Source: Eledone cirrhosa (lineage: Eukaryota). Taken from it: a stretch of 64,000 nt of DNA. Each line of letters opens with the position of its first letter. Position 1 is the stretch's first letter. The notes beneath the pieces are model-generated. The model was not told where the DNA came from, searched no databases, and worked only from the letters and a program-made list of their open reading frames with translations. The stretch is from assembly GCA_964016885.1 (NCBI GenBank), contig OZ024743.1, positions 309,194,001 to 309,258,000 of the forward strand, written 5' to 3'. Positions 40,250 through 54,334 of this stretch are shown here, piece by piece. Both the position numbers and the translations under genes were made by a program.

Positions 40250-40540
40250 GTATAATCAGTTATTAGTAAATAACAGTTATCATTTAATAACAGTTATCAC
40301 TAAATAACATTCTTTACTTAAAAAATCATTAATAAATAACATTTATTACTAAATAACAATTATTACTATATAAAGAACCAGTAATACACTGCGTAATTGC
40401 TGGCCTTGTGCCAAAAGTAGAAACAATTATTATAACATTTATTACTAAATAACAATTATTACTATATATCAGTTTTTATTAAATAACATTCTTTACTAAA
40501 TAAAAGTCATTACTAAATAACAGTCTTTATTACATAACAC
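40250..40540. repeat. degenerate ~20-nt minisatellite (ctaaataaca...tta) interrupted by a SINE tail
   Basis: Recurrent taaataaca units. Confidence 0.7.
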
Positions 40541-40816
40541 ATGTAAACAACAAATTTGGGCATACTTCCCTCCTTATCAAAAAATTCATCTAGGGTGTTT
40601 AAACAAGTTGATATCATTTGAGATGTAAGTATGCCAGAACCTACAAAGTCTAGGACAACGAGACTGAACAGGTTTAATGTGGAGCATAGTAAGATTTACT
40701 CGTCAAAATTTGATAATATTATAACTCCAATTAACAATATATAGATTTTAATGTGACAACCTTCGAAACAGGCCACTGATATGAATTCTTTTGAGTCACC
40801 CTGTATATTATTTATG

Positions 40817-41008
40817 GTAGTGGATTGGTAGTATCGGTAGAGGGTCGGACACCATGCTTTCCAGCATAGAATTACGTCCCCCTACGGTCTGAGTTCAAAT
40901 CCCGCCGCGGTTAACTTTGCCTTCTATCCTTACGAGGTCGATAAAATAAAGCACCAGTAATGCGCTGGGATAATTGCTGGCCTTGTGCCAAAAGTAGAAA
41001 CAATTATT
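40817..41008 (+). mobile_element. full-length dominant SINE, tail A
   Basis: gtggattggtagtatcggtagag...ctgagttcaaatcccgcc...ggccttgtgccaaaagtagaaacaattatt. Confidence 0.88.
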
Positions 41009-41834
41009 TATGGTAGAAAAAACTTACTTTTGAGCTCGTTGAATATTGTGGGCTCCTGGTGAGCTTCCTACCTTAATCCGTCACTGCTTATAATGTAAAG
41101 AGCCAGACAAATAGCGCAAAGTTGTTTATTTAAAGGGCTAGTCATGTCATACACTGTCATGCTGAATCTCCCTGACAATTATGCTATAGGTACATTTAAC
41201 TGAATTTTAACGCCGTCAGTTCTATTCCCGGGGAGGCGCTGTATCCTTGAGTAAGACAATTCAATTGACGTTTCTTCCGTTTACTCATTTGACAAAAATG
41301 ATTTGTTTTAAATTTTGAAGGATTAGCCTTGTCTCACATTGTATCATTCTAGATCTCCCCGAGAATTACGTTTAGAGTACATGTGACTGTGGAATGCTCA
41401 GCCACTAGAACGTTAATACCACGAGAAGACCGTTCCTTTAATTAAAAAGCTGGAGCACTCATCGTTAGAACCAACAGTGATCCAAAAGACACACAAACAC
41501 ACACACACACACCCACCCACCCACACACACACACACTCATACACGTACACATACATATACTCATGCACACACACACACACATACACACATACATACACAT
41601 ACACAAACACATACACACATACATACATATACACGCGCGAGTTATAACACTTCTGCCAACACATTTTTACTTGATGTTATAAATACAATAGTTTATTTGG
41701 TTATCTTTATTGATTCTCATTCATTCAACAGACTACACATTTCATTAAAGTGTCCTAACGTTGATTAAACTATGTTTGCAGCAATCTCAACTTGATTATC
41801 TCTATCAATTTAGTCATTGTATTGATTCTCTATA

Positions 41835-42175
41835 ATGCGGCGAATTGGCAGAGGTGATAGAACGTCGGATAGAAAGCTTTGCGGTATTCGTTTCGGCTTT
41901 CTGCTCTCTCAGTTCAAATCCCACCGAAATCAGTGTTTCATCCATTCAAGGTCGATAGAAAAGGTACCAATCTAGTACTGCGGTCGGTTCTTCCTCAATA
42001 TCCCTATCTCACTTCCATTCTTTCACTCTTTTTATCCTTCTCTCGAAGAAAATCTGCTGTATTCAGACCTGGAGATGAGATGGGTTAAAACCAGGTTTCT
42101 CAAAAAATGCCCTAGAAACATTGTATGTCAATATATCATCCCTAGGATTTTATCGGGAGTTACAGAACTATGCAT
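41835..42175 (+). mobile_element. dominant SINE, tail B
   Basis: Same layout as 9646-9975. Confidence 0.8.
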
Positions 42176-42199
42176 GCATATATATATATATATATATAT

Positions 42200-43213
42200 A
42201 AATGGAAAAAATGAAACGAAATTTCATTTCACACTCTTAGTATGGCTGTTACTTAAATATAAGTATGTATACGTACATACATATATGTATACAGACGTAC
42301 AGTAGTATGTATATGTATACATACATGCACACATATATATATGTACGTATGGATTCACCGAACATTTATTACAATGCTCGGTTTGTTTGTAAACAAACAT
42401 CCCGAATTAAGCCGTACAGTGTTTAGCAACCATCGTTGCCCTTTTGTTCAACACTGACAAAGGAACGATGTACTAGTTTCAAGCTTATTAGCTATCGTCA
42501 ACACCGTATACCTTCCTGCCAGGTGATTGAACGTCTGAAAGTATATACTTTCCTTATGCATATTAACGGCTGAGCAGCTTAATTTGCATATCGAGTGAGT
42601 TAATCGGCCGGGCGCTCCGAAAATGATAAATGGAAAACATGAAACGAAATTTCATTTCTCACTTTTAGTACGGCTGTTACTTAAATATAAGTATGTATAC
42701 GTACATACATATATGTATACAGACGTACAGTAGTATGTATATATATACATACATGCACACATATATATATGTACGTATACATACTTATATTTAAGTAACA
42801 GCCGTACTAAGTGTGAGAAATGAAATTTCGTTTCATTTTTTCCATTTATCGTTTTCGGTGCGCCCGGCCGATTAACTCACTCGATATGCAAATTAGGCTG
42901 CTCAGCCGTTAATATGCATAAGGAAAGTATATACTTTCAGACGTTCAATCATCTGGCAGGAAGGTATACGGTGCTGACGATAGCTAATAAGCTTGAAACT
43001 AGTACATCATTCCTTTGTCAGTGTTGAACAAACGGGCAACGATGGTTGCTAAACACTGTACGGCTTAATTCGGGATGTTTGTTTACAAACAAACCGAGCA
43101 TTATACTAAATGTTCGGTGAATCCTTACGTACATATATATATGTGTGCATGTATGTATATATATAAACATACTACTGTTCGTCTGTATACATATATGTAT
43201 GTACGTATACATA

Positions 43214-43218
<5 letters not shown>
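42200..43218. mobile_element. retrozyme-like element: 428-bp unit x1.3 + full inverted unit, (TA)n-flanked; HHRs at 42465-42507 (-) and 42968-43010 (+)
   Basis: Unit starts 42201 and 42629; acggtg CTGACGA t-agct aata agct-t GAAAC ta GTA catcat. Confidence 0.85.
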
Positions 43219-43292
<74 letters not shown>

Positions 43293-43300
43293 TTTTATAA

Positions 43301-43750
43301 TTAGGATTTAGCTTCATATATAGCTGTATACAGGTATGTATTTAAATTTCGTATTTCTATAGAAATACTGTATGTTTATGGATAAACATTTAGAAAGCCG
43401 TATCTACGCAAAACACTGGGGCTGTCGCCCTCTGATGGTTTCCAGCAGAAGCAATGCATTTCGAACTTAACTGGTTCTCATCAGAACGATCCCTCCCACA
43501 CCTGCGACTGCTGAACTTGAAAACAGGCGAGAATATATAGTTTTCTCGTCTGTATAAATGAGGTGATTAATCTCATTTGCATATGAAGCTGCGTAAGTTG
43601 GCTCAACATATAATAGAATAGAATTACAATTTAGCTTCATATATAGCTGTATACAGGTATGTATTGAAATTTCGTATTTCTAAAGAAATACAGTATGTTT
43701 ATGGATAAACATTTAGAAAGCCGTAGCTACGCAAAACACCGGCGATATCG
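43301..43750 (-). mobile_element. second member of the 13185-13748 family, 323-bp period, decayed HHR 43453-43490
   Basis: gcttcatatatagctg at 43311 and 43634; reverse complement atcgtt CTGATGA gaac cagttaa gttc GAAA tgca tt. Confidence 0.8.
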
Positions 43751-44090
43751 CTTTGCCTTTCATCCATTTAAGGTCGATAAAAAAGTACTATTCTTGTACT
43801 GAGATCGATTCTTTCGCTATATCACTTTCTCACTTCTCTGGAAGAAATCTGTGTATTCAGAGCTGGAGAAGAGATGGGATCCGCCATGTTTCAAAGATGC
43901 CCTAGGTACAGCGTATGTCAACACAGCGCCACTACGAATCCCTCAGAAGTGACTTGACCATACATACGTGATTCTGGCCAAAAAGTTCATAGACTGAAAA
44001 TTTTTTAGACTGACCAAGATACTTTCATGGAATGACCAAATGAGGTGTAATTTTCAACATAGTCCCTGAAAAGAAACAGTGCAGTTATTA

Positions 44091-44370
44091 ATGGTTTCTG
44101 ATTTAGGTACATGAACAGCAATTTTGGAGAAGGGGAAAGTCAATTAAATCGATCCCAATGGGTGACTGGTACTTTATTTTATCGACGCCGTAAGGATGAA
44201 AAGCAAAGTTAACCCTGACGGGATTTGAAATCAGAACGTAAAGGAAAGTAACTCTATGCCAAGAAGCAGAGTGTCCGACGACCTCGGCGAGATATGAACT
44301 CAGAATTTAAAGGGCCGTAACTCTATGCCACGAAGTAGGGTGTCCGATGATATACCGATATTGGCAATTA
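44091..44370 (-). mobile_element. dominant SINE with duplicated head
   Basis: Family body plus two copies of gatttgaa..cagaa..aaagg..gtaactctatgcca..gtgtccga. Confidence 0.75.
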
Positions 44371-44699
44371 ATAAGAAGAGTTGAAATTAATGCATGCCAG
44401 ATTTCACAGCTGTAGCATCATTCCTTCATAGTCAGCCTATGTACTTCTCAGCCGACCCTCATATATACTACTATTTACTCAACAGTATACACATTTCATT
44501 AGAATGTCCTTCCAATCATTAAACTGTTTGCAATAATCTCAACTTGATTATTTTCATCAATTTATTTCTCAGTTTTATATTTGCTTCTCATTGAGATATT
44601 TTCTTAAGAAGCAGCGCAACTTGTCAATATTAATATTTCTATTTAATCATATTCTATCTAGCATTGAGATAACTTTGTTTTTATATCAGAGTTATTGAA

Positions 44700-47600
44700 T
44701 GTTTCATATAATGAAACCAGAAGGTAAGTCGGTGGTGCTGGACGTGACCGGCAACGAAGGTAATGCTTTCTTGATAGGAGCCGTCCACGCCCCAACAGGG
44801 GCAGGACGGCCATATTTCTTCAGACGTCTGGAGACCTTTCTTGGAACGTCCCGCTCTTTAGTGTTAGTGGGCGACTGGAACGGTATCTTTGATGCACGCT
44901 AGGATTATGTGGGGCTAGTAGACAGGGGAAAGGGCGCAAAGCTTACAGAGACCGGATTAGCGAAATAGTTAAGCGAGCGTTAACGGGTGCGATCGTCAAC
45001 AACAGGTGGTGGTTTACCCTGAAAAGGGCTATTAGAGTAGAATCGATAAGGTTTAGCAAAGGAATAGTGATAGAAGAAAATAGAGTAGAGGGAGAGCAAG
45101 TTAGAAAGCTAGAAGAGGCGTTTTGGACAGGCATCGCAACCGAACCGACGTACTTGCGGCGAGATTGGCACTCGACCAATTCTTCCACGCAAAGCATGAA
45201 GGCTGCGTTGTCAGAGTTAGAGCGCGTACTCTGAGACACGAGGGGACGAAAGCCGTTCAATGGACCCGGATGGTAGAGGCGCGACGTGGCAACAAATCCA
45301 CAATTCGGCTTTTGCCTGATCAAAACGGGCGCATGTTGCTCGAACCGGAGCAGATGTGTGCGGCTTTTCAACAGCACTTTGTTCAATTGTTCGGGAGCGG
45401 CGGCGGACCGGATCGGAGCATGGACTTCGGTGCATACCTCGATGGACTGCCACGCCTCTCGACAACCGCAGCGCAGTGCTGCGAAAAGCCGATACCAGCA
45501 GGTGAAATACGGGAGGCGATGTCTGACTGCACGAGGGTTAAATCCCCAGGTTTGGATGGTCTGCCCTACGAGCTTTATGCGTGCATGCTAGACTTATTCC
45601 AGGATCTCTTAGCAGACGTCTACTGCAACTGGCAGCAGAACAGCAGCATTCCCAGTTTCGTGAGCCGGGAAGCGGTAGCATTGCTGAGAAAAGACCCAAA
45701 CAAGGGGGACGTTATAGACAACTTCAGGCCCATAACTCTGCTAAACGCAGCGTTTAAGATTTTGGCCAAGGTGTTAGCAAAGATATTGGCGTTTGTCGTA
45801 GGGGATTTGGTGGGAGAGGCGCAGACATGCGTCGTTCCGGACAGATCTGTCCACGACAACCTCCATCTCATGCGATACATCATAGAGAGGGTGGTTAAGT
45901 AACCTGGCACGGGTGGGGCCCTGATCAACTTGGATCAATCTAAAGCATTTGATAGGGTCGACCATCGGTACCTGGTTGCGGTAATCAAGGTGGCCGGCTT
46001 CGGACCCCATTTTAGGGGCTGGATCGCTGCGATGCACAGCGACATCTGCTCGATTGTGAGAGTAAAGGGTCACCTGTCGCAGCCGTTCAGCATCATACGC
46101 TCGGTCCGCAAGGGTTGTCCCCTCTCGTCCCTCTCTTACGTATTGGCCCTCGGGCCGTTACTGCACAAATTGGAAACCATGAGGGGGCTCCCACGCGAAC
46201 TGGTATACGAAACGGTGACAGGAGCAAAGATATACCAGGAAAAGTCGGTGGGCTTGCAGCTCGACACCTGGAGAGGCAAGTCCATGTCGTCGGACAGCGT
46301 CGTGGGGCGCTGGACGGAAGGACCGATTAAATTGCTCGGGGTCTGGTTCGGTCCGGACCTCCAAATGGAGAAAAACTGGAGCGAGATGACGAGCAGGATG
46401 GGCTCTCTCACCCACAGATAGGCTTAGAGGAAGTTGTTTCTAAAAGGTCGAGTGGAGGTGGCGAATGCATACATCGCATCCGTTATCTGCTACCGCCTTA
46501 CCGTCGTACCTTGACCCGCCCAACTGTGACCAAAATAGACCGCCTACTCTTCCGCTTTTTTGGAAAGGTCGAGCTCCCATGGTCAGACGATCCATCTGCT
46601 GTCAGTACCCGTTGCGCAGAGGACTGGATATGCCGTGGCTGATGATGCGCAAACATGCGCTGAGGCTGCGACACTCTGGTCCTTCCTTGACGGTAAACAG
46701 GTGTGGTCGCCGTTTGCCAGACGCACTTTTCCCCAGCTCGTCTCCTTGACAGAGCTGCAGTCCTGGATCAGGGAAAGACTGAGAGATAGCGCTTGGAAGC
46801 TGGAATGTCTCCAAGCACTCACCGCCCTCTACCAGCTGGGCACTAGTATCGGTGGAACATCGACCTCAGCATTCTATAGAGCGCTAGTGGAGGGGAAGAA
46901 TGACGACGTTCCTGTGGAGACCCTGGGCGTCGAAGACGATCAGCTGTTCACTCTCTTCAAGAGAACTTTCAGCCCGGGGCCTATGGACAACTTCCAGAAA
47001 TCCCTTGCCTGGCACTGCTACTGGGGAGCGTTGCCGGTTCGGGATAAGCTCTACAGGCACGGAGGTGCTGTCAGCCGAGCCTGTCCGAGATGTGCGCAGG
47101 GCAACGAAACCGTCCTGCACGCAATCGTTCAGTGTCCGAGAATTGCTGACTTGTGGGGCTATGTTAAACAGTTTCTGTCGCGTGTAGGACGGATCCGGTT
47201 GCCGACTGAATCCATTGAAGAGGAAGGAGGGCAGGCAGTTTTCATCTGCCTGGTGGCCATGGCGAAAGAGATTGTGTGGTGGACAAGGTTGAAAGGGTTG
47301 AAGGCGGACACTTTCCTCTCCAGTCAATCCCTGATTTACTTTTTCAAGTTTCATTTGAAGAGGAAAACAGGGTGGAGAGACAAGTGATTTCTTCTAGTAA
47401 GTTTGTTGAAAGGTGGGTGAAAATGGCGAGTCTGGTCTGAGTGAACGGGCCCGCTCTGAGTGTGCGTCTGTAGATTGAGGAGTGGGAAATCTGAGAGAGG
47501 GCGCTTGCCCTGGTGGTCAGGGCGGCTGTTGTCTTTTGTGTGGTTTTCGCTACGAGCGACCCTCGGAGGTTTCTCCCCTTTTGGGGAATTTTTGTTATTG

Positions 47601-47749
47601 AATTTTTTTTTATTTGTTTTTACACATTTCTATCTTGTTATAACATTTTTACACGGCCAAAACCCACTTTGTATCGTCCTGTACCGTTCTGTGCCGTCTG
47701 TAATATTTTTCTTCATGTTAACTCTTGTGGCCAATAAAGAAACCATTGT

Positions 47750-47780
<31 letters not shown>
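44700..47780 (+). mobile_element. L1/Tx1-clade LINE ORF2, 5'-truncated, frameshifted, with 3' UTR, AATAAA (~47733) and (ACT)n tail
   Basis: VHAP..VLVGDWN (APE); KSPGLDGLPYE, NFRPITLLNA.FKILAK, DQSKAFDRVDH, SVRKGCPLS (RT); ALPVRDKL..CPRC..ETVLHAIVQC (zinc finger). Confidence 0.93.
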
Positions 47781-47781
<1 letters not shown>

Positions 47782-48128
47782 ATGTTGCTGAATAGTTCGA
47801 CGCACCCTCATACATATATGAAGTAATACTGTGAGATCGATTCCTTGATTAGGCAACGTGTTGTGGTTTAGAGTTAAATAATTTATTTGATGTTGCACAA
47901 GTCCAATCAACCTAAAAACAAATGAGACGATATTGTTGCTAAGCTGTATCGGACCTTGATTTTCCCTTGGACAACAAGGGCGACTCGTATGCAATGGGAA
48001 ACTGGTAGGTTTCCAGAAAACCACTTGCCAGGCTTGCTACTTGAAAAGAAGGTGCCACGTACAAATGCATGGTTAGTCATGACCGTAGGAAACGGCATTT
48101 ATATTTATTCACACACACACATTTTTAT

Positions 48129-48216
<88 letters not shown>

Positions 48217-48737
48217 ACAATTTCGAGTGAGTTGATAATACAATCATATAAAGACAAAGATAATTTAAAGCTCAGAGAGCAGAGAAACGAAACGAATACC
48301 GCAAATCAATCTAGCCGACGTTCTAACAACTCTGCCAAATTGCCGCCTTAAGATGTAAATAAGAACATCTAAATATAACAGGGAAAACGTTAAAATTATG
48401 GAAGCCTAAAATAGCAATTACTGGGTAACTATAGATATTTTACTAACTATAATATATCGTAACAAAAATGATAACATACACTAACATAGAACTAAAGTTG
48501 TACTAATGAGAATTATAATATCAATCAAAAAAATATATTTTTAGAATATACTGAAATAACTTAAAAAATTATGGAAGCATAAAAGAGTAATAAATAATTG
48601 AAATGTATGTTAAGTAATTAAGCAATTTCACTGACTAAATTATATCAGTACAGGCGAGATAATCTACATTAAAATAAGGTTTAAAAGAAAACATAGGTGG
48701 GGGGGTTACAATTATATGATAAACAGGAGAGTAAACA

Positions 48738-48839
<102 letters not shown>

Positions 48840-48977
48840 AACTAAATAGAAGGATTGATCAAACATAGTAGTAAAACAGGGGGTAACAGATATGAATTTT
48901 ACAAAATAGCTTAACATAAAGGTAGAGTATGAATGTTATATTATACGAATTTTCTAAGTGTTAATAAAAATAATTTA

Positions 48978-49135
48978 ATTGTTTCTACTTTTGGCATAAG
49001 ACCAGCAATTATCCCAGTGCATTACTGGTGCTTTATTTTATCGACCCCGTAAGCATAGAAGGCAAAGTTAACCGTAAGGGGACGTAATTCTATGCTGGAA
49101 AGCATGGTGTCCGACCCTCTACCGATACTGCCAAG
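48978..49135 (-). mobile_element. dominant SINE, tail A, internally deleted
   Basis: Family sequence. Confidence 0.8.
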
Positions 49136-49643
49136 GTGCAACGGGGATAATAGATCTTGGTCGAAAATTAAATAATCTATGTGGACTGGAAGGAATTATT
49201 TCATTTTTCGAATTGAGAAGGATTATTGTTGAAGTTATTGTTTTTAACACTCCGGTCAGACAAAGATTGCATTTATTTTATCCCCCACCGTTTATAAGAT
49301 TTTGCAGAATTAAAAATATTTCACTTTGAGAGTATTTTATATTATCGCTTTTGAAATAACAAATTAATTTAGCTAAGGAAGAAGTGTTTATTAATTTTTC
49401 ATTCGTAAAACAGGTCTCGAATTTATTTACAATTGTTCCTATGTGAATTATAAGTGTCATTAGGTTAACTTTGCCTTTCATCCTTATGGGGTCGATAAAA
49501 TAAAGTACCAGTAATGTACTAGGTAATTGCTGGCCTTGTGCCGAAAGTAGAAACAATTATGTGTCAAGACTGTACACTTGTAAAGTTTGTATTCCTAATG
49601 ATTTCAAATGAATGAAAGAGTTCTAGTCCTGTAGAAGTAATAT

Positions 49644-49698
<55 letters not shown>

Positions 49699-50287
49699 GT
49701 GTGGACATGGATGAGTGTGTGTAGGTGTGTGGGAGTGTGAATATGTGGGTGTGGGTGTGTTTATGTTTACTCATTGTTGATGTCCTGTACATAACCGTTC
49801 GACAAAACGGTTCGATAAAATAAGTACCATACTTAACATAAAGTCATTGGGGTCGGCTAAATCCCTTCAAAATATTGCTACAGCATGACCGCAATCTAAT
49901 AACTGAAATAAGTAACATAATAAAAGAAAATAGAACAAAGTTGGTAATCAGAGAGAGAAAGCTGTCATTTACAATGAAAATAGTCTAAATAAAATATTGT
50001 AACATTGTAATAATGGTTGACAATAATTTATAAAACGTAAAGTTGGGGATTTATATATCTACAGTTACAGAATTACAAGAGTCAAATACTGCATTCATAC
50101 AGACAGACACATTCACAGAGCAACAATTATTCCATTCACAGTGAAACTAACACACACACAAACAAACTTACACACAGTCATAACATATTTACAGATAGAA
50201 TTACGTAGTCATAACTTGTGACTTGAAAACTAAGAGCAGTTTTAATAAAACGGAACTTAATTTAAAACAATCAATAGTTGACTATAA

Positions 50288-50505
50288 TGGTTTCTGTTTT
50301 AGGCACAAGGCCATATTATTAGGTGGGTGGAGTGGAAGGAAAGTTGATTAAATCGGCCCCAGTGCATTACTAATTCTTTACTTATCCGACCCTGTAAGAA
50401 TGAATGGCAAAGCTAACGTCGGCGGGATTTAAACTCAGAACCTAAAGGGACGTAACTCTATGCTGCAAAGCATATTGTCTGATGCCCTACCGATATTACC
50501 AACTC
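50288..50505 (-). mobile_element. dominant SINE
   Basis: Family sequence. Confidence 0.75.
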
Positions 50506-50589
50506 ATGCCCTAGTCAACTATAATAAATTCACTTACATGTGCATACACATTGAAAGAGACACAGTCAAACCGATACACATGCATGTTA

Positions 50590-50900
50590 CTGCTTCTGGA
50601 CCTTCGTCGGTCGCGACGACGTGTGTTCCAGTTGTTCGAACAACTAAACCACCGGCTCGTGAAATAATGTGCAGGTGACTGAGCATTACAAAACGTGCAA
50701 GATTCATCCTGACACTGTGTTTGACAAAGTTGGCCATTTGAACTACATGTACAACTCATTTATTTTCAGCTGATTGGACTGAAACAACATGAGAAATAAA
50801 GTGTCTTGCTCAAGGACATAACGCATCGCCCGGTCCAGGAATTGAACTCACAACCTCACGATTGCGAATCCAATTCTCTAACCACTCAGCCACACGCCTT
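50590..50900 (-). mobile_element. Meta-like tRNA SINE
   Basis: aaataaagtgtcttgctcaaggac...ggaattgaactc...ctaaccactcagccacacgcct. Confidence 0.8.
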
Positions 50901-52384
50901 CACTATATATATACACGGCATCTATATATACTTAATCACAAGGATTTATATATGTACAGATACAGAAGTATATACGGTTAAATCGGAAACTTTAATCCTG
51001 TTCTACGAAGCGTGACAAGTTTTCGTAATCAATGCGACATAAATATTCCTCTTATCAATATTGGTCTTACTGTTTGTTTTTTGTTAATGTTGTACCAATA
51101 ATAGTAATTAGCAGAATCGATAGAATTTCGGATAGAATGCTTCGGAGTATTCGTTTCGGATCTCTATACTCTGAATTAAAATCCCGCTGAAATAAACTTG
51201 ACCTCGATAAATAAAGTAACATTCTATTACTCTATATCCTTTCCTTTCATACTCTGTCTCTACCTGTTTGTCTGTCTATATCTCTCTTTCCGTTGCTCTA
51301 TTTTTTCTCCCTCTCTCACTCTCTATCGCTCTCTCTTTCTCTATATCTCTCCCTCTCTCGTTCTTCGAAAGGAATCGGCTGTGTTCAGTCATGGAGATGA
51401 ATGGGCTTCTCTAGGTTTGAAAATTCCCTTACATCATTAAAGTACTCCTATGACTCCACCAGAAGTTGTATGGAATGGCACTATTAGAGTTACTGCATTT
51501 AAATGATGTATCAATACAAGTATTTACGACTATTTCATTTCTTATGTTGCGGATTTTAGATTGACAGAATCATTTAAGCGTCGTATAAAATGTTTTGAGA
51601 TATTTACTTACTCTCTTTATGTTCTGATTTCAAATTCAACTGACATCATTGTGTCCTTTCCTCCTTCTAAATTAGATAAAATATAGTATCAGTCAAATAC
51701 GTGGGTCAATCTAATAGATTGCTGGTATTGTTAGAAACCTTTTGAAAGATATGATCAATTCGACGGAAAACGAAGTCTACGTATCAGTCTTGCGATTATA
51801 GACCACTCGCTGCCACTGCATTCGTATACAATTTCTCATAATTACAGAAATTTCCTTACCTAATCACTCACATGTATCACGGCGGCACGTTTCTTCCTTC
51901 CTCTTTGCATGCTGTCATGATTTAAACTTAGAACTTTCGTTGTCCTACTCTTATTAAACCTTTTGCTTAAAGTATTTTTTTGCTTCTCTGAAGGCTGCAT
52001 TAAAATTAATGGATTTAATAAATAAAAAAATGATGTACATTTTATCAGAAGTTTTTTATTTGATTCAATTTAAAACAAGTTTCTTTCCTCTCATATATTA
52101 CAATATTATGTCATTTCCATATTTTGTCTTCAACCTACGCTGAGAATTTTATCTGCAATTGAATCTGTAGTTTGTTGCTGTAAATATTGAAAACTCCCGG
52201 GTATAAACAGCCAACGTCCATCGTTACATTTAATTTGATAGAAGAAAATACTGTACCATAAATTATAATCATCCTGATTATTTTCTAAACCTCCTCATCA
52301 AGTCTGATCAATGAGGACTGGGCAATCCATCATAATGTTTTTCCATTCATGAATTCGTGCTTTAAGAAAGCCAGACAAACATTG

Positions 52385-52726
52385 CATGCATGGTCCCGTA
52401 ACTCCGTAGGGAATTATAAGGGCACCGTATTGACAAACGCCATATCTAGGGCCTTTTAAAACCCAGCAGATCCCGTTACCTCTCTGGATATGAATACAGC
52501 AGATTTCTTTCTGAGAAGGATAGAGAGTGAGAGAATGGAAGTTGGAAAGAGATATAGAGGAAGAACCGACCCACCCCAGTACCTGACTGGTACTTTTTTT
52601 ATCGACCTCGAATCGATGAAAAGCAAAGTTGACATCGGCGGGATTTGAACTCAGAGAGCAAAGAGCCGAAAAGAATACCACACAACATTATATCCGACGG
52701 TCTAACAACTCTGCTAATTCACCGCC
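52385..52726 (-). mobile_element. dominant SINE, tail B
   Basis: Family sequence with the tail-B segment. Confidence 0.85.
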
Positions 52727-53003
52727 ATATACTTACAATTACTCAACTCTATTTACAACTTTATTTAAATCAATACTGCAGCGTCATATTTCATTTTTTT
52801 TGCAGTCAAAATCTCTTGAGATAAAATGCCATAATGTATTCTCGTAATAACCACCAAACGTTATATTTTGAAGTCGATTCATATATTTTTATAAAGCTAT
52901 ATCATCTTATATATTTGAAGCTTAATGTATCGTTTTCATAAAAAATACCTACTTTCTAATGGTAAGGTTGTTAAGCGGCAGTTGAGGTGTGCAAATGTAA
53001 AAC

Positions 53004-53216
53004 GTGGTGGATTGGCAGTATCGGTAGAGCGTCGACCAGAAGGCTTTGGGCCTGTGGTTACAGCCCGTTGCGTTCTGAGTTCAAATCCTGCCGAGGTTAG
53101 CTTGCCTTTCATCCTCACAGGGTCAATAAAATAAAGACCCAATAACACGTTGGGGCCGATGTAATCAACTTTCTTTTCCCCAACAATTGTTGCTCTTGTG
53201 CCTAAATCAGAAACCA
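53004..53216 (+). mobile_element. dominant SINE
   Basis: gtggattggcagtatcggtagag...gagttcaaatcc...cttgtgcctaaatcagaaacca. Confidence 0.85.
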
Positions 53217-54334
53217 TATTTAAAAGACCGGAATGAAAGATTTAAAAATGGTACTCCATTACTATTTTTAACGCCATTCAAGAAGCTTACATTCTTCGAT
53301 GTAAGTCTGACAGAGGAGAGTGAAAGCCATCTTATGTGTCTCGATGTTAGAAGCGCAACGTGGCACATTGCCACACATCAGTATTCTATTCCAAATAGGT
53401 GATTGTGGCTTTACAGCAAGACATTTCTTAACAATTTGGGGAAGCAGGAATTTGAAGATGGCTGACTATAACGGTTACATCAAACGTCTGCTTGAAGTAA
53501 TATAAAAAGAAAACCCCTAAATAATGACAGCTGGGATATGGGTGGCACTGAGCGGTTATAGGAGAGGAAGCTAGCTGGATTTGGATATGTTTGTCTTTCA
53601 AGCTTTATATGTACATCTAAGACCTGATTGCTACTCACTTTGCAGGCGTATATTGCAGCTGGTCGCAGCCTGGTAGTATTGCTAGTTGTGTGAACTTTAG
53701 AATATTGATAAGTTGTGTGAGCTGTGTGAGTTGTATGATCGTCACGAACAAAAAGAGAGAGAGTGGGGTGCCTTACAAATATTTTGAAGCCGACAACATT
53801 GCAAAATACTGCGGGAATACCGCGTGAATGATTTTGTCTAAGTTGTCTGTTAAGAGGCTTTGGAGTTTCTGTGCGCTTGTTTTATCGTCAGTAACACACA
53901 CATACACCGGCGTGGGTGCGGAGATAAGGAATTTGTCCTAAATGCCCGTTATGAATTTGGAGCTTGCTTTCATTTGCTTTTATGGTTGTCGGTTTTGTAT
54001 AAACCTGTACGATTTTTGTCAGCTCTATTAAGGACAAATGATTATAAAAGTCATGTTTGTAAGAATTATTGATGATATTTTCAAGGGCTTGGGAAAGAGA
54101 TATAATTCGATCAATTGATCAATTCTTTCTTTGTGTTGATCGCATAAACTGCACTTGATGTTATCCTCTAGATGTTTATTAAATATTGATATTAAGTCCA
54201 GAGCATTTCAGTCATTGTTGGCTTTACTCCTTGCTTACATTGTATCTGTCCAATCTGGCATTTAAAATAATTTTTTGTTTTCGTTTTGTTTTTTATTTTA
54301 TTTTAACATTCCTGTTATTTTATCCTTCAAATTA

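Noticed and set aside
51775-51822. tRNA-Ser/Leu-like 5' half on the minus strand
   Set aside because: No T arm or acceptor stem; at most a SINE head fragment, not a tRNA gene
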